From Octopus sinensis (taxonomy: Eukaryota): a DNA stretch of 64,000 nt. Every line of letters starts with the position of its first letter. The first letter of the stretch is position 1. The position numbers and the translations under genes were made by a program. The notes under the pieces are model-generated. The model saw only the letters and a program-made list of their open reading frames with translations. It made no database searches and had not been told where the DNA came from. Location: positions 3,224,001 through 3,288,000 of the forward strand of contig NC_043003.1 in the NCBI RefSeq assembly GCF_006345805.1, written 5' to 3'. Shown here piece after piece: positions 28,719 through 42,600 of this stretch.

Positions 28719-29332
28719 AGAAATATTAAAATTAACTAAGTCTCTCTAAAAGAGAACAACGGCAGCGTTCCCGGAAAAAATATAGTTATCGCCATACTAA
28801 TATGCCATTCTATAAAATAAGAATAAAGCTGAATAAGAATAAATAAGAATATATGGATACAGTTTGTGTATCAAATAGCTAACTTAAGGCGATGGCCTCA
28901 TGGAGCTAATAAGCGGACAGCTTTATCTTATTTTTATAAGAATGCCATATTAGTATGGCGATAACTATTATTTTCCGGGAACGCTGCCGTTGTTCTCTTT
29001 TAGAGAGACTTAGTTATTTTAATATTTCTATTATTGAAAACAAGTGGATGTATTCCACCGAAGCTAGGTAAATAAAACCTTTGAACAGAGATGTCAGAAG
29101 CGACACCTACTGGTCTGGCTACGCTGCATTGAAAAGGGGCAATACCCCGAAACGCGTCTGTAGCTGCCGGCCCAGTAGTGTGGAGCGACTGACCTCCCTT
29201 GTTCAAAGGTTATATGGATACAGTTTGTGTATCAAATAGCTAACTTAAGGCGATTGGCCTCATGGAGCTAATAAGCGGACAGCTTATTCTTATTTTTATA
29301 AGAATGCCATATTAGTATGGCGATAACTATTA
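28719..29332 (+). mobile_element. Penelope-like pseudo-LTR remnant, copy 1 (copies at 31008-31620 and 33310-33916)
   Basis: ~110-bp inverted segment (28719-28830 vs ~28918-29030), ~120-bp direct repeat (atatggatacagtttgtg... at ~28851 and ~29212) and an embedded hammerhead. Partial tandem plus inverted ends are typical of PLE insertions. Confidence 0.65.
29123..29164 (+). ncRNA. Type I hammerhead ribozyme, U3-A8 core variant (copy 1)
   Basis: gctgca-TTGAAAA-gggg(caata)cccc-GAAA-cgcg-TC-tgtagc. Confidence 0.75.
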
Positions 29333-29458
29333 TTATATATATATATATACACACACATATATATATATATATATACACACATATATTATATATATACACA
29401 CATTATATAATATATATAAATATATAATATATATTATACATATATAATATATATATAC

Positions 29459-29489
<31 letters not shown>

Positions 29490-29490
29490 A

Positions 29491-30168
29491 AAAATCGAAA
29501 TCGAAACCGAATTGAACCAGCCAGGATCCCTGGCCTGGTGGTACGTAAAAAGCACTTCCGACTCGTGGCCGTGGCACGTAAATACTCCAATGCGACCGCA
29601 CGACAGGCACCATGCCAACCCCTTTGCTTGTGAAGACATGTTGGGGCAAGCGAAATCGAAATCGAATTGAACCAGCCAGGATCCCTGGTCTGGTGGTACG
29701 TAAAAAGCACTATCCGACTCGTGGCCGTGCACGTAAAATACTCCAATGCGACCGTACAACAGGCAACCATGCCAACCCCTTTGCTTGTGAAGACATGTTG
29801 GGGCAAGCGAAATCGAAATCGAATTGTACCAGCCAGGATCCTGGTCTGGTGGTACGTAAAAAGCACTATCCGACTCGTGGCCGATGCCAGCACCGCCTCG
29901 ACTGGCTTCCGTGCCGGTGGCCACATAAAATACACCAATCTGACCGTGGCCGTTGCCAGCCTCGCCTGGCACCTGTGCAGGTGGCACGTAAAAAGCACCC
30001 ACTACACTCACGGAGTGGTTGGCGTTAGGAAGGGCATCCAGCTGTAGAAACATTGCCAGATTAGACTGGAGCCTGGTGCAGCCTTCTGGCTTCCCAGAAC
30101 CCCGGTCGACCGTCCAACCCATGCTAGCATGGAGAACGGCCGTTAAACGATGATGATGATGATGATGA
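29491..30168 (+). mobile_element. 5'-truncated RTE 3' UTR with (GAT)n tail, copy 1 (copies at ~31761-32440 and ~34052-34740)
   Basis: Near-identical reverse complement of 39601-40270. Confidence 0.92.
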
Positions 30169-30433
30169 TAGAAACATATATATATATACATACATATATA
30201 TATATACATATAATATATACATATATATATTATACATATATATATATACATACATATATATATACATACATATATATATACATCATATATATACATACAT
30301 AGATATATACGTACATATATATACATATATTATATATATACATACATATATATATACGTATATATATTATACATACATATATATATACATACATATATAT
30401 ATATATATACATACATATATATATACATACATA

Positions 30434-30473
<40 letters not shown>

Positions 30474-30635
30474 ACATACTATATATATACATATAATATC
30501 TATACATACATAAATATAACATATATATTATATATACATACATACATATATATACATACATACATACATATATATACATAACATATTATATATACATACA
30601 TATATATATACATACATTATATATATACATACATA

Positions 30636-30666
<31 letters not shown>

Positions 30667-30719
30667 TAATATATAGTACATACATATATATATACATACA
30701 TATATATATACATATACAT

Positions 30720-30752
<33 letters not shown>

Positions 30753-30839
30753 ACAGATATATATACATATATATATATATATACATTATATATATACATA
30801 TATATATACATATATACATACATATATATATACATATAT

Positions 30840-30906
<67 letters not shown>

Positions 30907-30916
30907 ATATATATAC

Positions 30917-30978
<62 letters not shown>

Positions 30979-31409
30979 ATATACATACATATATATATAT
31001 ATATAATAGAAATATTAAAATTACTAAGTCTCTCTAAAAGAGAACAACGGCAGCGTTCCCGGAAAATAATAGTTATCGCCATACTAATATGGCATTCTTA
31101 TAAAAATAAGAATAAAGCTGAATAAGAATAAATAAGAATATATGGATACAGTTTGTGTATCAAATAGCTAACTTAAGGCGATGGCCTCATGGAGCTAATA
31201 AGCGGACAGCTTATTCTTATTTTTATAAGAATGCCATATTTGTATGGCGATAACTATTATTTTCCGGGAACGCTGCCGTTGTTCTCTTTAGAGAGACTTA
31301 GTTATTTTAATATTTCTATTATTGAAAACCAGTGGATGTATTCCACGAAGCTAGGTAAATAAAACCTTGAACAGAGATTGTCAGAAGCGACACCTACTGG
31401 TCTGGCTAC

Positions 31410-31451
31410 GCTGCATTGAAAAGGGGCAATACCCCGAAACGCGTCTGTAGC
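31410..31451 (+). ncRNA. Type I hammerhead ribozyme, U3-A8 core variant (copy 2)
   Basis: Identical to 29123-29164. Confidence 0.75.
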
Positions 31452-31667
31452 TGCCGGCCCAGTAGTGTGGAGCGACTGACCTCCCTTGTTCAAAGGTTAT
31501 ATGGATACAGTTTGTGTATCAAATAGCTAACTTAAGGCGATGGCCTCATGGAGCTAATAAGCGGACAGCTTTATTCTTATTTTTATAAGAATGCCATATT
31601 AGTATGGCGATAACTATTATTATATATATATATATACACACACATATATATATATATATATACACAC

Positions 31668-31758
<91 letters not shown>

Positions 31759-32726
31759 AAAAATCGAAATCGAAACCGAATTGAACCAGCCAGGATCCCT
31801 GGCCTGGTGGTACGTAAAAAGCACTATCCGACTCGTGGCCGTGGCACGTAAAATACTCCAATGCGACCGCACGACAGGCACCCATGCCAACCCCCTTTGC
31901 TTGTGAAGACATGTTGGGGCAAGCGAAATCGAATCGAATTGAACCAGCCAGGATCCCTGGTCTGGTGGTACGTAAAAAGCACTATCCGACTCGTGGCCGT
32001 GGCACGTAAATACTCCAATGCGACCGTACAACAGGCACCCATGCCAACCCCTTTGCTTGTGAAGACATGTTGGGGCAAGCGAAATCGAAATCGAATTGTA
32101 CCAGCCAGGATCCCTGGTCTGGTGGTACGTAAAAAGCACTATCCGACTCGTGGCCGATGCCAGCACCGCCTCGACTGGCTTCCGTGCCGGTGGCACATAA
32201 AATACACCAATCTGACCGTGGCCGTTGCCAGCCTCGCCTGGCACCTGTGCAGGTGGCACGTAAAAAGCCCCACTACACTCACGGTGGTGGTTGGCGTTAG
32301 GAAGGGCATCCAGCTGTAGAAACATTGCCAGATTAGACTGGAGCCTGGTGCAGCCTTCTGGCTTCCCAGAACCCCGGTCGAACCGTCCAACCATGCTAGC
32401 ATGGAGAACGGCCGTTAAACGATGATGATGATGATGATGATAGAAAACATATTATATATACATACATATATATATAATACATATATATATATAACATATA
32501 TATATATACTATATATATATACATACATATATATATACATACATATATATATATACATATATATATACATACATAGATATATACGTACATATATATAACA
32601 TATATATATATGATATACATACATATATATATACGTATATATATATATACATACATATATATATACATACATATATATATATATATACATACATATATAT
32701 ATACATACATAGATATATATACATAC

Positions 32727-32764
<38 letters not shown>

Positions 32765-33142
32765 ATACATAACATATATATATACATATATATATATACA
32801 TACATATATATATACATATATATAATATATACATACATAATATATACATACATACATACATATATTACATACATTATATATATACAACATATATATATAC
32901 ATACGATAAATATATTACATACATATTATATATACATACATATATATATATACATACATATATATATATACATACATATATATATATACATACCTATATA
33001 TATACATACATATATATATACATATACATACATACATATATATACATACAATATATAATACATAATATATAACATATATATATATATATACATATATATA
33101 TACATATATATTACAGATATATACATACATATATAATACATA

Positions 33143-33180
<38 letters not shown>

Positions 33181-33221
33181 CATACCTATATATACATACA
33201 TATATATATATATATATATAC

Positions 33222-33252
<31 letters not shown>

Positions 33253-33709
33253 CATACAATATATACATACATATATATATATATATACATACATATATAT
33301 ATATATAATAGAATATTAAAATTACTAAGTCTCTCTAAAAGAGAACAACGGCAGCGTTCCCGGAAAATAATAGTTATCGCCATACTAATATGGCATTCTT
33401 ATAAAAATAAGAATAAAGCTGAATAAGAATAAATAAGAATATATGGATACAGTTTGTGTATCAAATAGCTAACTTAAGGCGATGGCCTCATGAGCTAATA
33501 AGCGGACAGCTTTATTCTTATTTATAAGAATGCCATATTAGTATGGCGATAACTATTATTTTCCGGGACGCTGCCGTTGTTCTCTTTTAGAGAGACTTGT
33601 TATTTTAATATTTCTATTATTGAAAACAAGTGGATGTATTCCACCGAAGCTAGGTAAATAAAACCTTTGAACAGAGATTGTCAGAAGCGGACACTACTGG
33701 TCTGGCTAC

Positions 33710-33751
33710 GCTGCATTGAAAAGGGGCAATACCCCGAAACGCGTCTGTAGC
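33710..33751 (+). ncRNA. Type I hammerhead ribozyme, U3-A8 core variant (copy 3)
   Basis: Identical to 29123-29164. Confidence 0.75.
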
Positions 33752-33963
33752 TGCCGGCCCAGTAGTGTGGAGCGACTGACCTCCCTTTGTCAAAGGTTAT
33801 ATGGATACAGTTTGTGTATCAAATAGCTAACTTAAGGCGATGGCCTCATGGAGCTAATAGCGGACAGCTTTATTCTTATTTTTATAAGATGCCATATTAG
33901 TATGGCGATAACTATTATATATATATATATATACACCACACATATATATATAGATATACACAC

Positions 33964-34032
<69 letters not shown>

Positions 34033-35017
34033 CATATATATATATATAATAAAAATCGAAATCGAAACCGAATTGAACCAGCCAGGATCCCTGGCCTGGT
34101 GGTACGTAAAAAGCACTATCCGACTCGTGGCCGTGGCACGTAAAATACTCCAATGCGACCGCACGACAGCACCCATGCCAACCCCCTTTGCTTGTGAAGA
34201 CATGTTGGGGCAAGCGAAATCGAAATCGAATTGAACCAGCCAGGATCCCTGGTCTGGTGGTACGTAAAAAGCACTATCCGACTCGTGGCCGTGGCACGTA
34301 AAATACTCCAATGCGACCGTAGTGCAAACAGGCACCCATGCCAACCCCTTTGCTTGTGAAGACATGTTGGGGCAAGCGAAATCGAAATCGAATTGTACCA
34401 GCCAGGATCCCTGGTCTGGTGGTACGTAAAAAACCACTATCCGACTCGTGGCCGATGCCAGCACCGCCTCGACTGGCTTCCGTGCCGGTGGCACATAAAA
34501 TACACCAATCTGACCGTGGCCGTTGCCAGCCTCGCCTGGCACCTGTGCAGGTGGCACGTAAAAAGCACCCACTACACTCACGGAGTGGTTGGCGTTAGGA
34601 AGGGCATCCAGCTGTAGAAACATTGCCAGATTAGACTGGAGCCTGGTGCAGCCTTCTGGCTTCCCAGAACCCCGGTCGAACCGTCCAACCCATGCTAGCA
34701 TGGAGAACGGCCGTTAAACGATGATGATGATGATGATGATAGAAACATATATATATATACATACATATATATATATATACATATATATATATACATATAT
34801 ATATATACATATATATATATACATACATATATATATACATACATATATATATATATACATATATATACATACATAGATATATACGTACATATATATATAC
34901 ATATATATATATATACATACATATATATATACGTATATATATATATACATACATATATATATACATACATATATATATATATATACATACATATATATAT
35001 ACATACATACATATATA

Positions 35018-35072
<55 letters not shown>

Positions 35073-35186
35073 ATACATACATATATATATATACATATAT
35101 ATATATACATACATATATATATACATATATATATATATATACATACATACATATATATACATACATACATACATATATATACATAC

Positions 35187-35220
<34 letters not shown>

Positions 35221-35334
35221 ACATACATATATATATATACATACATATATATATATACATACATATATATATATACATACATATATATATATACATACAT
35301 ATATATATATACATACATATATATATACATATAC

Positions 35335-35413
<79 letters not shown>

Positions 35414-35467
35414 CATATATATATACATATATATATACATATATATACATACATATATATATACATA

Positions 35468-35536
<69 letters not shown>

Positions 35537-35544
35537 ATATATAC

Positions 35545-35621
<77 letters not shown>

Positions 35622-35667
35622 CATACATATATATATATTACATATATATATATATGTATATATATAT

Positions 35668-36005
35668 GTGCCAAGGATTCCAAATCACCATCAAAATACA
35701 GGTCCAGATACTGCAACAGCTTGGGTTTCAGAGGACCACAGCTCTTTAACATCCTCCCTAAATGCCTGAGAGACTTAAATGGTGTGGATGTGGGTTCTTT
35801 AAAACTAAACTGGATCTCTTCTTGTTGGGAGTCCCAGATGAACCTACCTCACGACAGGAGACTCGGATGCGGGCAGCAGCATCGAACTCCCTTGTTGATC
35901 AAGTGCCACGTATCAGAGGTGGATCCACAAATTAGTGTAGCTCATTCAGCGGTGGTGCCCCGCATGGCCGCGGCCTTCGGGCTAAACATTTTTAAGGATT
36001 TAAGG

Positions 36006-36008
<3 letters not shown>
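35668..36008 (+). mobile_element. CR1/L2-group LINE 3' fragment
   Basis: [25 protein letters not shown]...VPDEP-like C-terminus and a (TTTAAGGA)n-like tail. Confidence 0.6.
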
Positions 36009-36064
<56 letters not shown>

Positions 36065-36175
36065 CATACATATATACATACCACATACATATATATACAG
36101 ACATATATATACATACACAGATATATATACATATAGATATATATATATATATATTATATATATATATATATATAT

Positions 36176-36390
36176 ACGTTTTTGTGTCTGTTTCTCACCC
36201 CCCACCATCGCTTGACAACCGATGTTGATGTGTTTACATCCTCATAGCTTATCAGTTTGGCAAAAGACACTGATAGAATAAGTACTAGGCTTACAAAGAA
36301 TAAGTCCTGGGGTCGATTTGTTTGACTAAAGGCGGTGCCCCAGCATGGTCACAGTCAAATGACTGAAACAAGTAAAAGAGTAAAAAGAAG
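36176..36390 (+). mobile_element. Family A SINE 3' half
   Basis: cttgacaaccgatg...agtcaaatgactgaaacaagtaaaagag. Confidence 0.85.
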
Positions 36391-36439
36391 AATATATGCT
36401 ACGTAAACACTCTTGCAAACATATACACTAAAGTATGGC

Positions 36440-36680
36440 CTGGCTTTCTAGCCTGCTCACGAACTGGCTGAGTATTCCACAGATATGTGTACCTTTAATG
36501 ATTCAGAAAGACGCAGGATCTGGTGAGTTGCAGGCAGAACTCCTTTTTGCCAGCTGAGTGGACTGGAGCAATGTGAAATGAAGTGTCTTGCTCAAGAACA
36601 CAATGCACAGCCAGGAACTGAACTCACAGTCGTAAGATTGTAAGCCGAATGCCCTGTCCACTAAGACACATGCTTTCACT
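36440..36680 (-). mobile_element. tRNA-derived SINE, family D (related copies at ~4030-4130 and ~61880-62050)
   Basis: gactggagcaatgtgaaatgaagtgtcttgctcaagaacacaa...gaactcac...ccactaag shared among copies. Confidence 0.6.
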
Positions 36681-36759
36681 ATATACAAACATACATACAT
36701 ATACATACTTGCACACGGACATACATGCATACATACATAATGAAATCTGAAGGATAATC

Positions 36760-37185
36760 TCAAGAACAAAGAAATAAAAACCCACAATATGGTAGAAGCC
36801 ATAGCCACTCACGATAAAAAGGAATACTGGTGGAATGTCCCAGTGAAGACCTCAATAAAATGAAAGCACAACAGGCCTGATATAATGATTTGGGATAGAG
36901 AAGAAAACCTGTGCACAGTTGTGGGAAAAGCTGAAGATCAGTGAAAAAGAGAACACCTATGCTGAACTATTGAGAAATCTGCAGTTACTCTATCCAGATT
37001 ACAAGTTCAGGTTTATACCTGTAATTATTGGGGCCCTTGGATATGTAACACACTGCCTAAATACCAATCTTGAGAAATTAGGCTTCTCAAAACCAGAAAG
37101 GAGAAAGCTAATCCGAAGACTACAGATCCAATCCATCACTGGAACTGTAAAAATCTGTGAAAACTTTCCAGAAGCTTATCATTTA
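36760..37185 (+). mobile_element. R4/Dong-clade (RLE) LINE 3' fragment
   Basis: EYWWNVPVKTSIK*KHNRPDIMIWD...EKENTYAELL...FIPVIIGALG: PD-(D/E)xK restriction-like endonuclease. Confidence 0.8.
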
Positions 37186-37589
37186 AATATATATGAGCAT
37201 GTCTAGATATGTAGCTATATGCATGAGAATACATACATAAAGAAAAAAAATTAAAATCTGCGCATAGATAATGATGGCCGTCCACTCATGACCGCAAGCA
37301 GAGTGATGGATTGAATCTAAGGATCAGCAACACAAACAGGTTTGTTCACAATGTATCGCTTGACCAGTGACAACGGTAGAAGAAACGGCAGCAAGATGAC
37401 GAACCCTGTCGCTGGAAGAGAAATGGTTAATCCCACAGCCAAACTTACGCCCCATTACACAGCCATCCCTGTACCTCAACAAGCACCCATGTCTATGTTC
37501 TCCAATCAGATGAATCTGTAAAGGGAACTGGTTGCTTCTTTACACTTTTGGGGTGCAACTTGGGTGCAACACAATTTCCTTTCTTTTTG

Positions 37590-38038
37590 TTTCTAGAAAC
37601 TACCAGTCAGGAACAAAACGCAACTTTAAAAATATATACGATTCTTTATTCTCTTATTCACAAATGAAGCACGTTGGTATACTGGTATCCACCTAGTTCA
37701 ACACAGCAAGGCTGAATTCTAACGTTTGTAAGATTCTTACAATAATTCAACAGCAATAGAGCAGGTGAAATCCTAAGCGTCTGGGACAGGAGAATAGGCT
37801 GATCACACGTTTAAAAATACGTCCTTTCTCTTCTATCGCCGTGTCTCAAGTCAATGACACTATTAAGGAACGCGATAGAATTTCTTCCCCAGTCTCTAGC
37901 GCATGTGCATGAGGGAACTTCCTTATGCCTTTCCAGAAGGTTCCAACCCCACACACGCACACTGAAGAAGGACGTTCCGCACACGCACACTGAAGAATGA
38001 CGTTGCGTGTGCGCACATTGGAATATGACGTCACTACA
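37590..38038 (-). mobile_element. Putative solo LTR
   Basis: Minus strand begins TGTAGTGACGTCA, has internal direct repeats (cacacgcacactgaagaa x2) and AATAAA near 37645; the other boundary and TSD are not resolved. Confidence 0.35.
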
Positions 38039-38064
38039 AATCGAATAAATGGAAGGGGATCTGT

Positions 38065-38530
38065 TTAACCCCTTCATTACCAACCTGGCTGAAACCAGCT
38101 CTGGCTCTGAGGACAAATGTCTTGTTTTCTTAAGTTCTGAATTTAAATCTTCCACCAGACCTTAGTCACAATTTATTTTCCTAACACTAGCTTAATGATA
38201 ACGAAGTTATTTTACTAAATTCTTTCTTATATTGGGTTGGTGCAGAATTATTGCGGCTGTTTTTCGACAAATTTTATTCAACAAAAACAATAACAACATG
38301 TAACAAAACCATCTTTAAATGATTATTCTGGAGCATATTCACCATCCACTTCAATTACTGCTTCCAATTTGCTTGGCAGATGACAAAACCATCATTTAAA
38401 GATGTTTTTGTTGAATATTGTTATTGTTTTGTTGAAAAAAAGCCGCAATAATTATGCACCAACCCAATATTTAAAGTAATTGAAAGAAATAGAGAGCATC
38501 TCGAAATAAATACAGTAACGAAAGGGTTAA
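38065..38530. mobile_element. TTAA-flanked (piggyBac-type) MITE
   Basis: ttaa-ccccttcattac ... gtaacgaaaggg-ttaa terminal inverted repeats. Confidence 0.75.
38232..38467. mobile_element. mariner-type MITE nested in the piggyBac-type MITE
   Basis: TA-ttgggttggtgcagaattattgcggct ... agccgcaataattatgcaccaacccaa-TA. Confidence 0.85.
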
Positions 38531-39538
38531 ACAATTCATTTTAGTGTAAACCAGATCGATAATATGAAAAATAATAATATGGAAATAATACAAATATTTT
38601 GTTGTTATTAATATTGCATTACCATTTACACCTGATGACTTTGCTCAGGTGATCAATTTCTTTGTGTTGTGTCAGGTTTCTTCTTCCAGTTCTTAAACAA
38701 TAGGTCGTTGGTTAATAACGTTTGATCACATTTTCATTGTCATACTTCTGTTCAATGAAGTGATGGCCATACTTTAGTTTACTTTTTATTGAACAAACAT
38801 GAGTGATATTTCAAAAACTAGATGCAACACACACACACACACTTCTGTTGTGTATCATTGCGTGTCTGTCATTCAAGAATTGGAAAAGTGTAACTTCAAG
38901 TAGCAGCTTGCAAAATTCGTCTTCAAATCAAATCTCTCACCTCCCGTACTCTTTCTCGTACGTAAAGGACAAAGTACTGAGAGGACAAGCAATATGCAGA
39001 GCTTGAGGAAATCTTCCCAGCTTAGAAGCCTGACATGACGAGCTCTCAAAGTATATTCTATACACACACACCAAACACCCAACTAGTTCCTTACCCAATG
39101 TCCCTGCCAACTTTATGACTGCCACTTCTTCCTACTCTTCCTCCACGGTTCCTCGTCACATCCAGCACCTGTTGACATCATCCATTCTTCATTCTTACCA
39201 TCAACCACCTCCACCTTTGTTTTCGTCTCCCACTTTCCCTCACATGTTTCCAACACTTAACCCAAACGCTCGTCTCTCTACCGTTTATCCTTCCATCACT
39301 TTTGTGTCTACTGTAATTTTTTTTTTTTTTACCTGAGTGCCAAACTAATACAGAAAATATAGATATATATCTCTGAAAATATATATATATATATATATAT
39401 TATATATAATTAATTAATAAGGGTGACAGAATTAGATACTAATTTAATAGTATATCTATTCAACACCAAGTGGCCCAGTGCCCCGAGAAACCTGGATTAT
39501 TATAATATTTTATAATATATTATAATATATTTATATAC

Positions 39539-39583
<45 letters not shown>

Positions 39584-39600
39584 CTATATATATATATATA

Positions 39601-42600
39601 TCATCATCATCAATCGTCGTTTAACGTCCGTTCTCCATGCTAGCATGGGTTGGACGGTTCGACCGGGGTTCTGGGAAGCCAGAAGGCACCAGGCTCCAGT
39701 CTAATTTGGCAATTTTCTACAGCTGGATGCCCTTCCTAACGCCAACCACTCCGTGAGTGTAGTGGGTGCTTTTTACGTGCCACCTGCACAGGTGCCAGGG
39801 GGCTGGCAACGGCCACGGTCAGATTGGTGTATTCTATGTGCCACCGGCACGGAAGCCAGTCGAGGCGGTGCTGGCATCGGCCACGAGTCGGATAGTGCTT
39901 TTTACGTACCACCAGACACCAGGGATCCTGGCTGGTTCAATTCGATTTCGATTTCGCTTGCCCCAACATGTCTTCACAAGCAAAGGGGGTTGGCAGGGTG
40001 CCTGTCGTACGGTCGCATTGGAGTATTTTACGTGCCACGGCCACGAGTCGGATAGTGCTTTTTACGTACCCCAGACCAGGGATCCTGGCTGGTTCAATTC
40101 GATTTCGATTTCGCTTGCCCCAACATGTCTTCACAAGCAAAGGGGGTTGGCATGGGTGCCTGTCGTACGGTCGCATTGAGTATTTTACGTGTCACGGCCC
40201 CGAGTCGGATAGTGCTTTTTACGTACCACCAGGCCAGGGATCCTGGCTGGTTCAATTCGGTTTCGATTTCGCTTGCCCCAACATGTCTTCGCAAGCATGG
40301 GGGGTTGGGATGGGTGTCTGTCGTCGGATAGGTTCTATATCGACTTCGCTTGCCTCAACCGGTCTTTGTGTCCAAGGGAGGAAAGGCATTCATAAGTGGC
40401 TGGGCTCACTTGTCCTGCCTGGTCTTCTCACGTACAGAATATTCCAAAGGTCTCGGTCTCTGGTCATTTCCTCAGTGAGGCCTAAAGTTCGAAGGTCGTG
40501 CTTCACCACCTCGTCCCAGGTTTTCCTGGGTCTACCTCTTCCACGGGTTCCCTCAACTGCTAGGGATTGGCACTTTCTCACACACCTATCTTCATCCATT
40601 CTCGCACATGACCATACCAGCGCAATCGTCTCTCTTGCACACCACAACTGATGCTTCTTAGGTACAACATTTCTCTCAAGGTGCTAACGCTCTGTCGAGT
40701 ATGTACACTGACATTACACATCCATCGGAGCATACTGGCTTCATTCCTCACGAGCTTACGCATGTCCTCAGCAGTCACAGCCCATGTTTCGCTGCCATGT
40801 AGCATGGCTGTTCGTACACACGCATCATACAGTCTGCCTTTTACTCTGAGCGAGAGGCCTTTAGTCACCAGCAGAGGTAAGAGCTCCCTAAACTTTGCCC
40901 AGGCATTCTTATTCTAGCAGTTACACTTTCAGCGCACCCACCCCCACTACTGACTTGGTCACCTAGATAACGGAAGCTATCACTACTTCTAGTTTTTCCC
41001 CCTGGAAAGTGACGGAAGTTGTTTTCTGCAGATTTTCGGAGGTTATGCTCCCGAGCATCTGCCACATACAAAAACTATCTTCCCAGTTAGCCTACCTTGA
41101 CATTGCGGCACCTCTTATGTGTCCATAGCTTACACTGGGTACATCTTATAGAGTTTCTACCTACACCTTTTCTACAGATCGAGCAGGGCCATCTTCCTGA
41201 AGATATTTGTGGATTGTCTACCTTTCTACTTATTAGTACTTTGGTTTTAGCTAGGTTGACTCTAAGGCCCCTTGATTCTAAACCCTCCTTCCACACCTGG
41301 AACTTCTCCTCCAGTTCTGATAGTGACTCAGCAATAAGAGCAAGGTCGTCAGCGTAGAGGAGCTCCCAGGGACAGCCTGTCTTGAATTCCTCCGTAATTG
41401 CCTGGAGTACTATGATAAATAGGAGGGGGCTGAGTACTGAACCCTGGTGGACCCCAACCTCTACTTTGAATTCTTCTGTGTACATGTTGCCAACCCTAAC
41501 CTTACTTACGGCATCTCTGTACATGGCTTGCACAGTCCTCACCAGCCATTCATCTATCCCTAGTTTCCTCATTGACCACCAGATAAGGGATCGGGGGACC
41601 CTATCAAAAGCTTTCTCCATGTCAACGAAAGCCAGGTACAGGGGCTTATCTTTGGCTAGGTATTTCTCCTGCAGCTGCCTTACCAGGAATATAGCATCAG
41701 TGGTACTTTTTCCTGGCACGAACCCAAACTGCATCTCATCTAAACTAACTCTCTCTCTGATTAGTTTGGGTATGACCCTCTCCGTAACCTTCATTACTTG
41801 ATCCAACAGCTTGATACCTCTGTAATTATTTGTATCTAGGGCATCACCTTTACCTTTGTAGCAGTTGACTAGTATGCTGCTGCACCAGTCATTGGGTATG
41901 ACTCCTTCGTGTATCACCTGGTTGACTATACGGGTGACTAGGTTATAGCCGACCTGCCAGATATTTTGAGCATCTCTGCAGTAATTCCTGATGGGCCTGG
42001 GGCTTTCCCTGTCTTCATGCTTCTAATTGCCTTAGCTACCACGGAACTATCAACTCGGATAGCTGGTCCTCTGTAGGTCAACATTCGGCAGACTCTCTTT
42101 ATCCATTCATTTTCCTCATTCAGTAACCTTTCATAGTGGCGTCTCCAAGCTTCTCTCTTTGCATCCTCATTTAGCGCAAGTGAACCATCCTCCATGCGAA
42201 CACATTTCTCTCCTACCACATCACGATTCTCTCTCACACACTGTCTTGCAACACAAAATACCTCAAGTCTTTCATCCTCACGGCGCGCAGACATTGGCAA
42301 ATTTTCTCTTATCTGCTTCCCCTCTGGCTAGATAGACTGTCCCTAGCTTCCCTTCTGGCAGTCTGATACCCTTCCCTGCTACCACCGTTCTTCCAGGCCT
42401 TCCAACCTGTTTCTTTTTGTCTAATAGCCCTGTCAACAATATTGTTCCACCACCACGTATTTTGGGTCTTAAGGGGACTTTGCACCAGCCACAGATCTGG
42501 TCAGCGGCTTTCAGCAGGTTGTCCCTCAGAAACGTCCAGTTGTCTTCTACCCCTGTGTAGCTATACCCCCTTCCACTTCGTCAAAGGCTTCAAGTAAATA

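Larger units (their letters stand above)
28719..35667 (+). repeat. Tandem triplication of a ~2.3 kb unit (Penelope-like pLTR with hammerhead + TA tract + RTE 3' end + TA/TACA tract)
   Basis: Units start at ~28719, ~31008 and ~33310 and are nearly identical apart from scattered indels and microsatellite length. Confidence 0.95.

Noticed and set aside
29491-34740. Repeat-spacer-like pattern suggesting a CRISPR array
   Set aside because: The 'spacers' are identical between units; these are LINE 3' UTR tandem repeats in eukaryotic DNA with no cas genes.
26326-36215. Many MYIY/CIYI ORFs
   Set aside because: Translations of (TA)n/(TACA)n microsatellites.
38631-38670. CTGATGA hammerhead-like core
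   Set aside because: No stem II followed by GAAA.
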